In this document: piece after piece, positions 17,432 to 25,191 of the stretch
Layout: each line of letters begins with the position of its first letter
Position numbering within the stretch: the first letter of the stretch is position 1
From: a bacterium
GTDB taxonomy: Bacteria; Myxococcota_A; Bradymonadia; UBA7976; UBA1532
DNA length: 64,000 nucleotides
NCBI GenBank assembly: GCA_030427205.1
Contig: JAUHXC010000011.1
Coordinates: 44,016-108,015, forward strand
Direction: 5' to 3'
Position numbers and translations under genes: made by a program
The notes under the pieces: model-generated
What the model was told of the DNA's origin: nothing
Database searches by the model: none
Seen by the model: the letters and a program-made list of their open reading frames with translations, nothing else

Positions 17432-19618
17432 TCAGGCCTGCAGCCCCAGCTTGCGGGCCTGAGCGGCGAGCTGCTCGAGCTTCTGCTTCGTCTCGCCGTC
17501 GGCCTCGGTGGCCAGCCGCGCGATGAGGCCGGCGATGCCCAGGTTCTTGACGTTCTCGGCGGTCAGCCGGCCGGCGAGGATGTCCTTGACGTCGTCGGGC
17601 AGGCTGCGCTGACCCGAGAGGTAGGGCTGCATCGTCGTGCTGGCCACGTCCGAGCTCTCCACCAGCCCGTCGAGGCTCTTGCCCAGGCTGACGGCGTTGA
17701 CGAACTTGTCGAAGAACTGCCCGTCGCCGCCGACGATGTTGATGTCGGCCTGCTGGAACGCCGCCGCCAGCACCCGCGCCTGATGCTCGGCGATCTGCAC
17801 CTGCGCGCCCACCTTCTCCAGCGCCACCTGCTTCTGCATCTCAAGCTGCAGGCGGAACTCCTCGTGCTCGCGGCCGACCCCGTCGAGGGCCTTCATCGCC
17901 GCGGCCTTCTCGGCCAGACCCGAGGCCTCGGCGGCCAGCTTCTCCTTGACCGCGGTGGCCTCGGCCAGCCCGCGCTTCTCGATCGCGGCGGCTTCGGCCT
18001 CGCGCACCCGCGCCTGAGCCAGCCCCTTCTCCTCTTCGCCGGCGGCCTCGGCCAGCTTCTTCGACTTGATGACGTCGGCCTCGGCCTGGCCCTCCTGCAG
18101 CGTCGCCTGGGCCATCGCCTGGCGCACCTTGACCTTGGCCAGCCCCTTCTTCTCCTCGCCCTGGGCCTCGGCGGCCATCTTGTCGAGGGTCACCGTCGCG
18201 TGGGCCTTGCCCTGCTTCTCGATCGCGGCGGCCTCGGCCTCCTTGACCCGCACCTGGGCCAGCCCCGAGGCGGCCTCCTCGGCCTGAACGCCCTCGGCCA
18301 TGCGCATCTTGGCCCGGGCCTGCTTGTCGCTGGCCTCCAGGTCGGCCTCGGCGATGGTCAGCTTCTCCCGGGCCTGGAACTTGGCCACCTCTTCCTGGGC
18401 CTCGGCGGCCTTGATGTTCTTGACGAGCGCCTCCTGGGCGTCGGCCTCGGCGGCGACGATCTTGACCTTCTTCTGCCGCTCGGCCTCGGCGTGGGCCCGC
18501 AGATCCTTGATGCGCTCCTCTTCCTCGGCGACCGTCTTCTCCACCGCGATGCGCTGGCGGATGACGTCGGCGATCTCCTTGCGCTGCTTCTCGAGCTCCT
18601 TCTCCTTGTCGATGCGCTGCAGCTCGACCTCACGCTCGCGGCCGATCTCCTCGACGTCGGCGGCCTTCTTGACCCGCACCGACTCGACGGCCACCTCGCG
18701 CTCGCGGGCCTTCATGGCGACCTCGATCGCCCGCAGCTTGCCCTGCTCGCCCTTCGAGACCTCCTCCTCGGCCTTCTGGCGGATGAGCGCGGTCTTCTTC
18801 TCCTCCTCGGCCTGGACCCGCAGAGCCTCGTTGCTCTCGCGGCTCTGGGCCATCGCGATCTCCTTCTCCTTCTTGGCGACCGCGTCGGCCCGCTGCTGGT
18901 CGAAGCGGTAGATCGCCTCGTCGGCCTTGAGGTCCTGCGAGCCCATCTCCATCCGCTCCTTCTGGCGGACTTCGTTGGTCTTGATGTTCTGACCGGCGGT
19001 CAGCTCGGTGATCTTGCGGATACCCTGGGCGTCGAGGATGTTCTGCTTGTCGAGGTGCTCGATGGGCGTCTGCTCGAGGAAGTCGATCGCGGCGTCATCG
19101 AGCACGTAGCCGTTGAGGTCCTTGCCGATGACCTCGATGATCTGATCCTTGAAGTCGTCCCGCTGGGTGTAGAGCTGCTCGAACTCGAGCCGCTTGCCGA
19201 CCGTCTTCAAGGCCTCGGAGAACTTGGCGACGAAGAGCTCTTCGAGCGTCTTCTGGTCGCTGGCGCGGGCGCAGCCGATGCTCTGGGCCACCTTGAGCAC
19301 GTCGTCGGCGGTCTTGTTGACCCGCACGAAGAAGGTCACCTTGATGTCGGCCCGCACGTTGTCTTTGCAGATGAGACCCTCGTGGGCCCGCCGCTCGAGC
19401 TCGATGGTCTTCACCGAGATGTCCATCGTCTCGCAGCGATGGATGATCGGGTAGACGATGCCGCCGGTGAAGGTCACCTCCGGGTCCTGCTTCATCTTGT
19501 TGATGATGAGCGCCTTGCCCTGATCCACCTTGCGGTAGAACTTCGAGATGATGACCAGCACCCCGATGATGAACAGGATGACCAGCGCGGCGACGATGAG
19601 CATCACTTGAAGCGGCAT
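17432..19618 (-). CDS. flotillin-family SPFH/Band-7 protein (FloT/YqiK-like)
   Basis: 728 aa. N-terminal TM 'MPLQVMLIVAALVILFIIGVLVIISKFY' is followed by an SPFH domain. A ~400-aa Ala/Glu/Lys-rich flotillin repeat region ('EAEAAAIEKQGKA...') and a C-terminal domain follow. Confidence 0.9.
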   Translation of the reverse strand: MPLQVMLIVAALVILFIIGVLVIISKFYRKVDQGKALIINKMKQDPEVTFTGGIVYPIIHRCETMDISVKTIELERRAHEGLICKDNVRADIKVTFFVRVNKTADDVLKVAQSIGCARASDQKTLEELFVAKFSEALKTVGKRLEFEQLYTQRDDFKDQIIEVIGKDLNGYVLDDAAIDFLEQTPIEHLDKQNILDAQGIRKITELTAGQNIKTNEVRQKERMEMGSQDLKADEAIYRFDQQRADAVAKKEKEIAMAQSRESNEALRVQAEEEKKTALIRQKAEEEVSKGEQGKLRAIEVAMKAREREVAVESVRVKKAADVEEIGREREVELQRIDKEKELEKQRKEIADVIRQRIAVEKTVAEEEERIKDLRAHAEAERQKKVKIVAAEADAQEALVKNIKAAEAQEEVAKFQAREKLTIAEADLEASDKQARAKMRMAEGVQAEEAASGLAQVRVKEAEAAAIEKQGKAHATVTLDKMAAEAQGEEKKGLAKVKVRQAMAQATLQEGQAEADVIKSKKLAEAAGEEEKGLAQARVREAEAAAIEKRGLAEATAVKEKLAAEASGLAEKAAAMKALDGVGREHEEFRLQLEMQKQVALEKVGAQVQIAEHQARVLAAAFQQADINIVGGDGQFFDKFVNAVSLGKSLDGLVESSDVASTTMQPYLSGQRSLPDDVKDILAGRLTAENVKNLGIAGLIARLATEADGETKQKLEQLAAQARKLGLQA

Positions 19619-19680
19619 CGCGATTTCCCCCTCGGCCGGCGCGCGAGCCGGCCGTCTGCAGTCGGATCTCTACAAACGAA

Positions 19681-20577
19681 TCAAACGTCGAGCGGCTCGA
19701 CCACGTAGGCCTCCCGCTCCCGGTCGAAGTCGATGACCAGCACCGTGTCGCCGCGGCCGATGCCCTTCTCGGGCTTGGCGCGCACCTCGATGCGCAGGAA
19801 GTCGCCGCCCACCTTGCAGTCGGCCAGCCCGAAGCGCTCGGTGACCTTGCCGGTGGTGACCACCGCGGTATTGCCCACCACGTCGGCCCGGGTGCGGCCG
19901 GTGCTGCCCACGAAGACCGGCGCCAGCGGCCGGATGATGATCGAGGTGAACGGCACGGCGACCACGAAGGCGCCCAGGCCCACCAGCGGCACCAGCGCGA
20001 TGTTCGGCAGCGTGCCGCCGAGGTAGTACATGCCCAGCATCGACAGCGCCCAGCCGGTCAGCACGATCGAGCTGATGACCACCGTCATCGGCGCCGAGCG
20101 CAGCTTGAGCGCGCTGAGCAGCTGCGCCAGCCCGCTGCCGCCAGCCAGCTTGCCCGCCAGGCCATCGCCGTCGGCGGCCCCGTCTGCGATGCCATCGGCG
20201 GCCCCATCGGCCAGCCCGTCCGCCGCCCCGTCGGCCAGCCCGTCGGCCGCCCCGTCGAAGGCGCCGTCCAGCGCCTCGGCGGCCCCATCGGCCACGCCGT
20301 CCGCCGCGCCGTCCAGGGCTCCGTCGAGCGCGCCGTCCAGCGCCTCGCCGGCCCCTTCGAAGGCGCCGTCGGCCAACCCCTCGACCGCCCCTTCGGCCAA
20401 GGCCTCGGCGCCGCCCTCGGTGCCGCCCTCCAGCAGCCCGTCGGCGTCGCCGATGTCGAGCATGTCGATGTCGAGGGCGCCGAGCACGACGAACAGCCAG
20501 TACACCACGATCACCACCAGCAGGATGGTGTAGACCACCGTGGGGAAGGCAAGGGCAGCGGCGAGCAGCTCGGGCAT
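19681..20577 (-). CDS. NfeD/YqiJ-like membrane protein with C-terminal OB-fold
   Basis: ATG 20577 ('MPELLAAALAFPTVVYTILLVVIVVYWLF...'). Three or four TMs. An unusual (A/L)DG(A/L) acidic repeat linker is encoded by degenerate 12-bp tandem repeats. The C-terminal beta-barrel 'VVGNTAVVTTGKVTERFGLADCKVGGDFLRIEVRA...GDTVLVIDFD' is an NfeD C-terminal domain. The gene is 62 nt upstream of the flotillin gene on the same strand. Confidence 0.85.
   Translation of the reverse strand: MPELLAAALAFPTVVYTILLVVIVVYWLFVVLGALDIDMLDIGDADGLLEGGTEGGAEALAEGAVEGLADGAFEGAGEALDGALDGALDGAADGVADGAAEALDGAFDGAADGLADGAADGLADGAADGIADGAADGDGLAGKLAGGSGLAQLLSALKLRSAPMTVVISSIVLTGWALSMLGMYYLGGTLPNIALVPLVGLGAFVVAVPFTSIIIRPLAPVFVGSTGRTRADVVGNTAVVTTGKVTERFGLADCKVGGDFLRIEVRAKPEKGIGRGDTVLVIDFDREREAYVVEPLDV
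20150..20420 (-). repeat. degenerate 12-bp tandem repeat encoding the (A/L)DG(A/V) acidic linker of the NfeD-like protein
   Basis: DNA reads 'gccgtcggccagcccgtcggccgccccgtcgaaggcgccgtccag...' with a 12-nt periodicity. The translated repeat is 'DGALDGALDGAADGVADGAAEALDGAFDGAADGLADGAADGLADGAADGIADGAADGDG'. Confidence 0.6.
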
Positions 20578-20703
20578 GGGCTCCGCGGGTATCGTTCGGG
20601 TCGTCGGCGGATCGAGACTGAACCTGTCGGTCACGCACGTCAAGGGGCCGTCTACCCCGCTCGATGTGGTCCCCGCCGAGACGGTGCGCTAGGGTGCGTT
20701 GCG

Positions 20704-21933
20704 GTGGCTGTATCGGCCACGCGGGAGGTCGTGGTGTCCGAGGAAGAGCGCGAAGAGAGCGAGCCGCCGCGGCTCCCGATCTCGCAGATCATGCTGAAGG
20801 ACTTTTTGTCTTATGGGCCGGGCGAGTACACCTTCGACCTGAAGGCGCTCAACGTGCTCATCGGCCCGAATGGGTCGGGCAAGACCAACTTGATCGAGGC
20901 GTTCGAGGTGCTGCGGGCCGTGCCGAAGGACGTGCTGCGGCCGTTTCGGCGCGGCGGGGGGTTCGGCCGATGGGTCTTCAACGGCGCATCCGGTGAGGCT
21001 GTCCCGGCACTCGGTTTGCTCACTGCTGGCGGTACGTCGTCGCTTCGCTATCACATCGAGCTGACCGAGTCCGAGTGGGGGAGCGCGCAGGTTCGCAGCG
21101 AGTCTGTACTGCCCGGCCAGCCCTACTCGACGCCCGACGAGTTCTTCTTGGAGCGCGAGCTGTATGGGCCGGCCAGGATCATGGGCCGGGGGTGGGGCGG
21201 GGACAACGAGCGCGACGTCAAAGTGGACGACGCAACGTCGGTCCTGGCTCAGGTCAAAGACGAAATGGCCTACCCCCAGCTGGCCCGGATCAGCAGACTC
21301 ATGGAGTCGATCCAGATCTTCCGGTCATGGGCGCTGGGTCCCAATGCACCAACCCGCGGCGCTTGCCCGTCCGACGTACGTCAGGACCGGCTGGAGGAAG
21401 ACTTCTCCAACCTGCCGATGCGCCTTCAGGCTCTGCGACGCATGCCTGCCTTGAAACGGCGACTCCAGGCGTTGCTGAGCGATCTGGCACCCGGCTTCGA
21501 CGACTTCGAGGTCTTCCCCGAAGGTGGGACGCTGCACCTCTACCTGACCGAAGGCGACAACAACATCTCGGCCCAGCGGCTCTCCGACGGCACGTTGCGC
21601 TATCTGTGCCTGCTCGCCATCCTGCTCGACCCACCCGAGGGCGGGGTGATCATCATCGAAGAGCCCGAGTTGGGGCTGCATCCCGACATGCTCGGCACCC
21701 TGCGCGATCTGCTCGTCGAGGCCAGCGAGACCGCCCAGATCATCATCACGACCCACTCGACGATGCTGGTCGACGCCTTCACCGAGCACCCCGAGGCCAT
21801 CGTCGTCTGCGAGAAGCCCGAGGGCAGCACCGAGCTGCGGCGTCTGACCCGCGAGGAGGTCGACGCGTGGCGTGAATTCGGCTCGCTGGGTCAGCTCTGG
21901 ATCTCGGGCCAGTTCGGGGGCACGCGCTGGTGA
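20704..21933 (+). CDS. ABC/SMC-like AAA ATPase (AAA_21/OLD-AbiLi-like)
   Basis: Walker A 'LIGPNGSGKTNLIEAF'. Signature/Q-loop-like 'LSDGTLRYLCLLAILL'. Walker B 'GVIIIEEPELGLHPDM'. H-loop 'IIITTHS'. Start uncertain: ATG 20704, or GTG at 20734 after GGGAGG. The stop overlaps the start of the next gene (GTGA). Confidence 0.8.
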   Translation: MAVSATREVVVSEEEREESEPPRLPISQIMLKDFLSYGPGEYTFDLKALNVLIGPNGSGKTNLIEAFEVLRAVPKDVLRPFRRGGGFGRWVFNGASGEAVPALGLLTAGGTSSLRYHIELTESEWGSAQVRSESVLPGQPYSTPDEFFLERELYGPARIMGRGWGGDNERDVKVDDATSVLAQVKDEMAYPQLARISRLMESIQIFRSWALGPNAPTRGACPSDVRQDRLEEDFSNLPMRLQALRRMPALKRRLQALLSDLAPGFDDFEVFPEGGTLHLYLTEGDNNISAQRLSDGTLRYLCLLAILLDPPEGGVIIIEEPELGLHPDMLGTLRDLLVEASETAQIIITTHSTMLVDAFTEHPEAIVVCEKPEGSTELRRLTREEVDAWREFGSLGQLWISGQFGGTRW

Positions 21934-22532
21934 AGCGCCGAAAGAGCAAGCTGTACGTCGAGGGCGGCGGCGACAGGGATCTCGACCGCGCGTGTCGAGA
22001 GGCTTTCGCCAAGCTCTTCCGATCGGCGGGCATCCGCCGTCCACCGGGCGTCGTCCCGTGCGGACCGCGCAGTCTGGCCTTCCGCCGGTTCTGCGTGGCC
22101 CTGACGCGAGGCGACCACGATCCCTGGCTGCTCGTCGACGCGGAGAGCCCGATCGCGGAGGGGGTGACGCCCTGGAGGCACGTCGCCGCCCGCGAGGAAG
22201 ACAAGTGGACCTGCCCCGCGCACGCCACCGATGAGCACCTGCACTTCATGTCGGTCGTCATGGAGACGTGGCTGGTCGCCGATCCCGACGCTCTCGAGAA
22301 GGTATTCGGTGCCGCGCTCGATCGCGGTCGGTTGCCGAAGAACCCGGCGAGCCTCGAAGGGCGCCCCAGAGATCGGGTCGAAGACGATCTGAAGCGAGCC
22401 ACGGCAGGCACGAAGAGCGGCCCTTACGGCAAAGGCACTCACAGCTTCAAGGTGCTGGCCCATGTCGATCCGACCAAGCTCGACGCGCTGCCTTGGGCCC
22501 GCCGATTCCTCGACGCAATGCGCGGCGGCTGA
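21930..22532 (+). CDS. DUF4276/RloB-like TOPRIM-like protein (partner of the ATPase)
   Basis: 200 aa with a GTG start overlapping the ATPase stop. N-terminal 'KLYVEGGGDRDLD' and later 'LLVDAESP' fit the TOPRIM-like Glu plus DxD pattern of DUF4276/RloB proteins that pair with AAA_21 ATPases. Confidence 0.6.
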   Translation: MKRRKSKLYVEGGGDRDLDRACREAFAKLFRSAGIRRPPGVVPCGPRSLAFRRFCVALTRGDHDPWLLVDAESPIAEGVTPWRHVAAREEDKWTCPAHATDEHLHFMSVVMETWLVADPDALEKVFGAALDRGRLPKNPASLEGRPRDRVEDDLKRATAGTKSGPYGKGTHSFKVLAHVDPTKLDALPWARRFLDAMRGG

Positions 22533-22602
22533 CGTCGACCTGCGCCGCATCCTGTCGCCGGCTCGTGTATCCTCTGCCGCCGAGCAACCCCCGGAGCCCG
22601 TG

Positions 22603-23652
22603 ATGTCCCTGCGAAACGCCCTGCAAGCGCGCCTCGACGCCGACGCTGCCGGCCTGTGCCGGCTGGCCGCCGACTTCGTGCTCGACCGCCCCGTGGCCGC
22701 CTTCATCAACCCCGCGCGGGTCGACTTCTGGCTGGACCACGCCTTCGACGAGGGCGCGGCCCACGCCGCCGTCGAGGCCCACGTGCAGGGCTTCGTCGAG
22801 CGGGAGCAGGCCCGAGCCAAAGCCCGCGGCGATACGGTGCGCGACTGGGTCTCCGCCGAAGCCCAGGCCGAGCTGCGGGCGTTCGCCGCGCGGCCGGTGG
22901 TCTTCGAGCGCGAGATGATCAAACGCTGGGTCGATCAGGACGCGGTGCGCTCGATCCTGCAGTCGATCGTGCGCGAGACGCTCGACCGCTTCGTCGACAC
23001 CGTCAAGCCGGGCGGCAGCGGCGGCGGGCTCGTCGGCGCGGTCGGCCGGCGCACGATCGGCTTCGCCAGCCGCGCCGGGCGGGGGCTGCTCGGCGGCCTC
23101 GGCGGGCAGTTCGAAGACCTGCTGCGCGGCGCGGTGAGCAGCTTCGTCGGCGGCTCGATGGGGCTGATGGTCGACCGGATGGTGGACATCCTCATGCAGC
23201 CCGAGACCCAGCGGCAGCTCGGCCGGCTGCGGCTGTCGACCTATGAGCGGGCGATGGCCAGCGAGACGGTGGAGATCTTCGACCGGGCGGCCGACGAGCC
23301 GGCCCTCGAGGATCTGCTCGAGGCGCTGCCCGGGCTCATCGCCCACAACCTCGACCGCCCCGAGGTGCGCGAGATCCTGCGGGCCGAGGTCACCCGCTGG
23401 GTCGCGGCCGAAGGCGAGCGGCCGATCCGCAGCTTCCTGCCCGCCGAGCACGTCGAGGCGCTGCGCGACGAGCTGGCGGCGCTGGTCGAGCCGATGGTGG
23501 TCGCGTTCGTGGCCACCGACAGCTTCGCGCTGTGGGCCGACGGCCTCGAAGGCTGGGCCGAGCAGACGACGTCGTCGTTCGCGGTGCCCGAGGACGACGA
23601 GCCGGACGACGAGCCGGACGAGCCGGACGACGAGCCCGAGCCGGGCGCCTGA
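22603..23652 (+). CDS. hypothetical protein (349 aa), first gene of a coupled three-gene cassette
   Basis: ATG 22603 has GGAG 6 nt upstream ('MSLRNALQARLDADAAG...'). Balanced composition. The acidic C-terminus 'EDDEPDDEPDEPDDEPEPGA' is encoded by short repeats. The gene ends 3 nt before the next gene. The ORF track's 47 upstream codons lack an RBS. Confidence 0.6.
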   Translation: MSLRNALQARLDADAAGLCRLAADFVLDRPVAAFINPARVDFWLDHAFDEGAAHAAVEAHVQGFVEREQARAKARGDTVRDWVSAEAQAELRAFAARPVVFEREMIKRWVDQDAVRSILQSIVRETLDRFVDTVKPGGSGGGLVGAVGRRTIGFASRAGRGLLGGLGGQFEDLLRGAVSSFVGGSMGLMVDRMVDILMQPETQRQLGRLRLSTYERAMASETVEIFDRAADEPALEDLLEALPGLIAHNLDRPEVREILRAEVTRWVAAEGERPIRSFLPAEHVEALRDELAALVEPMVVAFVATDSFALWADGLEGWAEQTTSSFAVPEDDEPDDEPDEPDDEPEPGA

Positions 23653-23655
23653 TCC

Positions 23656-24348
23656 ATGAGCCTGCCCGCCCCCGATCCGACCCCGCTCGCCGGGCGGGGG
23701 CTGTGTCTGGTGCTCGCGCCGGCCGATCGGCAGACGCTCGCGCCGCTGCTCGAGCTGGTGGGCAGCACGCAGGTCGCTCTGCGTATCCTGGCGCCGGGGC
23801 CCGATGACGACTGGCTGGCGCAGGTCTCCGAGCCCATCGACGGGGCCGCGGTGCAGCGGGTGGTGCTGTTCTGGAGCGCCGCCGCCGCCGGCCTGCCGCG
23901 CATCGAGCGCCTGCGGGGCGAGACCGCCTCGCTGACCGGCGATCGGCTGGCGGTGCTGGCCCTCGATCGCACGCCCATCCCGCCGATGCTGGCCGGCGCC
24001 GCTGCGCCGCTGCTCGACCGCTGCCTGCGCGCGCTCTCGGAGCACGTCGCCGCCGAGTCGGTGCCGCACGCGGTGGTCGCCCGGCTGACGTCGCTCGAGC
24101 GCATCCGCCGGATCGGCGCCGTCGCGGCGACGGTCAGCGGGCTGCTGCTGGCGGCGGTCCTGCTGCTGTGGCGGGTGCCGAGCCCGCTGGCCGATCCGAC
24201 CGATCGGCTGGTGATGCGGGTGGTGCTGCTGATCATGATTCCCGGTGTGGCGGGGGTCTTCGCTATGCTGTGGGCCCGGCTCGATCGCCGGTTCCTGGCC
24301 CACCGGGCCGGCAGCTACCTGATCGACCGCGCGTTGGAGGAGCGATGA
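23656..24348 (+). CDS. hypothetical membrane protein (230 aa)
   Basis: Starts 4 nt after the previous stop. Two C-terminal TMs: 'IGAVAATVSGLLLAAVLLLW' and 'VVLLIMIPGVAGVFAMLWA'. The stop overlaps the ATG of the Uma2 gene (ATGA). Confidence 0.6.
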   Translation: MSLPAPDPTPLAGRGLCLVLAPADRQTLAPLLELVGSTQVALRILAPGPDDDWLAQVSEPIDGAAVQRVVLFWSAAAAGLPRIERLRGETASLTGDRLAVLALDRTPIPPMLAGAAAPLLDRCLRALSEHVAAESVPHAVVARLTSLERIRRIGAVAATVSGLLLAAVLLLWRVPSPLADPTDRLVMRVVLLIMIPGVAGVFAMLWARLDRRFLAHRAGSYLIDRALEER

Positions 24349-25016
24349 TCGACGATCGCCAAGGTATTGACACCGAACATTCGAGCAGTCATGGTCCCGG
24401 CATGTTGCACGCCGAATCCCCATCGCAGCCGCCCGCGCCCGTCACCTGGGAAGAGTATATCGCTCTGCCCGAGGACGACCTGCGCGAGCTGATCGACGGG
24501 GTCCTGGTCGAGGTGGAAGTGCCGACGAAGTTGCACGAGTGGATCGTCGCCGAGCTGTTGTTCGCCTTGAAGCTGTGGAGTCGGGACCACGGCGGTATCG
24601 TCTTCGCCTCGGGCTACAAGGTCCGGATCGACCGCAGCCCGGCCCGAGGCAGCGCGTTCATGCCGGACATCCAGCTCTTTCGCTCTCCGGAGACGATCGC
24701 GGGGCCCGAGCACGATCAGGGGCTGTCCGACGGCGCGCCGGATCTGGTGGTGGAGATCATCTCGCCGAGCAGCGGGCGGCACGACCGGGTGACCAAGTTC
24801 AACGGCTACGCCGCGATCGCGTGCCCCGAGTACTGGTTGATCGACCCCGACAGCCGCTTGCTCGAGCAGTTCGTGCTGGAAGACGGGCACTATCGCCTCG
24901 CCGCCCGGCCAGCGGAGGACGCGCTCTTCGAGCCGAAGACATTCCCCGGGCTCTCGATCCCGCTGAAGTCCTTGTGGACCGTTCCGCGGAGCAGCACGCC
25001 GCCTGCCGCGGATTGA
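24345..25016 (+). CDS. Uma2-family (DUF820) PD-(D/E)xK-like endonuclease
   Basis: GGAGG lies 4 nt upstream of ATG 24345. An alternative start at 24402 gives 'MLHAESPSQPPAPVTWEEYIALPED', typical of Uma2 N-termini. Conserved 'PDLVVEIISPSS...D...K' and 'YAAIACPEYWLIDP' motifs are present. Confidence 0.8.
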   Translation: MIDDRQGIDTEHSSSHGPGMLHAESPSQPPAPVTWEEYIALPEDDLRELIDGVLVEVEVPTKLHEWIVAELLFALKLWSRDHGGIVFASGYKVRIDRSPARGSAFMPDIQLFRSPETIAGPEHDQGLSDGAPDLVVEIISPSSGRHDRVTKFNGYAAIACPEYWLIDPDSRLLEQFVLEDGHYRLAARPAEDALFEPKTFPGLSIPLKSLWTVPRSSTPPAAD

Positions 25017-25191
25017 CACCGGGGGCCACTCCGAGCCCCGCCCGGGCCGCCTCGACCGCGGCGGCGCCCACGCCCTCGCCCATTGACGTATCGGCCCGCC
25101 CGCGGCGCTGTAGCGGCCCTGGCGGGCATCCAGACGCCCCTTCGCAGCCCCGATTCGGGTAGATTCCGTCCAGCGCGGCCCCGGAGGTCTC

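Noticed and set aside
11097-19708. Series of long plus-strand ORFs (11097..14288, 14352..15572, 15654..17462, 17324..19708) opposite the giant ATPase and flotillin genes
   Set aside because: Low-complexity Gly/Arg/Leu/Asp-rich translations antisense to genes with clear Walker and SPFH features. High-GC shadow ORFs.
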